Source: Peribolospora baueri | Lineage: Eukaryota | Reading direction: 5' to 3' | Length of the DNA: 20,000 nucleotides | Assembly (NCBI GenBank): GCA_029717555.1 | Contig: JAMDHS010000103.1 | Coordinates: forward strand, 49,098-69,097 | Shown here: piece after piece, positions 18,801 through 20,000 of the stretch | Position numbering within the stretch: the stretch's first letter is position 1 | Layout of the letters: every line of letters starts with the position of its first letter | Notes under the pieces: model-generated | Databases searched by the model: none | Told to the model about the DNA's origin: nothing | What the model saw: only the letters and a program-made list of their open reading frames with translations | Made by a program: the position numbers and the translations under genes

Positions 18801-19809
18801 CACCGCCGCGCTCATCTCTGCCGGCGGAGCCACCACGGCCACCCTTCACGGGGTCGCTGGACGCCCCGACGCCGCCCAAACCGGCGTCCTCATCCCCGTC
18901 GATCCGGCTACCGCCGCGGCCGCCCTTGCGGCCGCCGGGCGGACGCCTCACGCCGTGGTGCCCGTCCATCATCAGGCCGTATGGCCCGTCGAGGTCGCCC
19001 CGGCGCCGCCGCGGCCTCCTCCGCCACCGCCGCTCGGAGGCACCTACGCCGTGATGCCGCCGGTGCCAACGACGGAGAGCGTGACTCTACCACCGATCAC
19101 GTCGGCCGTCGCGTCGTCGAATCAAACTCGGCACCGGAAGACGGCCTCCGGTTCGTCCTCGTCGTCGACCATGGGAGGCCTTGCGCGCCAGCTACGGAGG
19201 ATGCATCCTTGGGAGCAGGACACGAACGCTCCTGGTTACGGTCCTCCTCATCACCACCACCACCACCACCACCGTCATCTTCATCATCACCAATCGGCCT
19301 CCTACCCCACGGCCAATCCATACTCTACCACCCCCGCCTCTTCTCGCCCTCCCGCCTCCTCCGGTCCGCGCTCCCAGGGCAGCGAGGCCGACTTTGGCCG
19401 GTCCGCTACCGTCTCCCTCTCCCCGGCCCCGTCGCATCTCTCCACGGACAACGCCGGCCGTCTTGCTCCGGGTCCGTACGGCACGGGAGCGATGCCGTCG
19501 GCCGCCGGCTCGTCGTCGTACTACTCCTACTACTCGGACGAGGAGAGAGACGAATACGAATCGGAGAAGGAAGGGATGGGCGGCGAGGCGGGGCGGGCGC
19601 GAAAGGCGCGTAGGAGGGAGGACGGGCCGCGCGGCGTTGGTAGGGACGCGGATGTGCCGAGCAGTGGGAGTGGGAGCGGGAGTGGGAGTGGGGAGAGTAG
19701 CGCGGCTAGTAGTCGGAGGAGCAGTCGTGTCCGGCGTAGTTCGGATGAGGAACTGGCTTGGAGGAGGAGAGGCGATGGAGGAGAGAGCGAGATGATGAAG
19801 GTCGAATAG
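15835..19809 (+). CDS. C2H2 zinc-finger transcription factor, FlbC/MtfA-like two-finger type; about 1291 aa after removing a probable intron at 16301-16399
   Basis: The ORF is 1324 codons. The tandem fingers [53 protein letters not shown] lie at 18622-18780; the RPSSL..[9 protein letters not shown].C...GCG..FSV.SN..RH signature is that of Aspergillus FlbC/MtfA-type factors as I recall them. The rest is P/S/A/H-rich low-complexity sequence. The probable intron reads GTGCGT...ACTCAC...pyrimidine tract...CAG (99 nt). Confidence 0.92.
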   Translation: [1324 protein letters not shown]

Positions 19810-19970
19810 TCTTTCCTCCGCTCGCTTTTCCCTCCCTCTCTCTTTCCCATCCATCTCTCCCTTTCTTTGACCATCGTGTCTTCACTACTACGACTATCTA
19901 CCGAGCGTCGGTCGATGTCTGTGTCCTGATCTTTTCTTTTCTTTTCTCACACCTCCCTCCCTCTCTCGCC

Positions 19971-19992
19971 TTTTTTTTTTTTTTTTTTTTTT
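19971..19992 (+). repeat. Poly-T run (22 nt) in the pyrimidine-rich 3' region of the C2H2 gene
   Basis: Read directly from the sequence. Confidence 0.9.
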
Positions 19993-20000
19993 CCCTTTCT

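Noticed and set aside
17647..18972. 441-aa antisense ORF and other ORFs overlapping the TF
   Set aside because: These are shadow ORFs expected from the GC-rich codon usage of the sense gene.

Overview
This window is eukaryotic, GC-rich, intron-dense fungal DNA that looks basidiomycete-like (GT-AG introns of about 60-170 nt with CTRAC/CTAAC branch points). I spliced the genes by hand, so most entries in the ORF track are exon fragments or noise. From left to right it contains: (1) a decayed, internally deleted Ty3/gypsy retrotransposon on the minus strand (gag, CCHC knuckle, start of RT), cut by the left edge of the window; (2) a 3-copy minisatellite of about 42 bp and a 122-bp duplicated piece of the nearby 7TM gene; (3) a frameshifted Uma2-like PD-(D/E)XK nuclease pseudogene; (4) an intact 10-exon DUF6533-type 7TM, GPCR-like gene (minus strand, about 392 aa); (5) a divergently transcribed, intact 9-exon SAM-dependent O-methyltransferase (464 aa); (6) about 6 kb of microsatellite-rich non-coding DNA that probably holds a long spliced 5' leader; (7) a FlbC/MtfA-like two-finger C2H2 transcription factor of about 1291 aa, carrying four HX[R/K]XXS motifs and an FxFP motif that suggest control by the Cbk1/NDR kinase. 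Family assignments come from motif recognition, not database searches. I see no CRISPR array, rRNA or tRNA, and no clearly new biological system can be claimed from the sequence alone.
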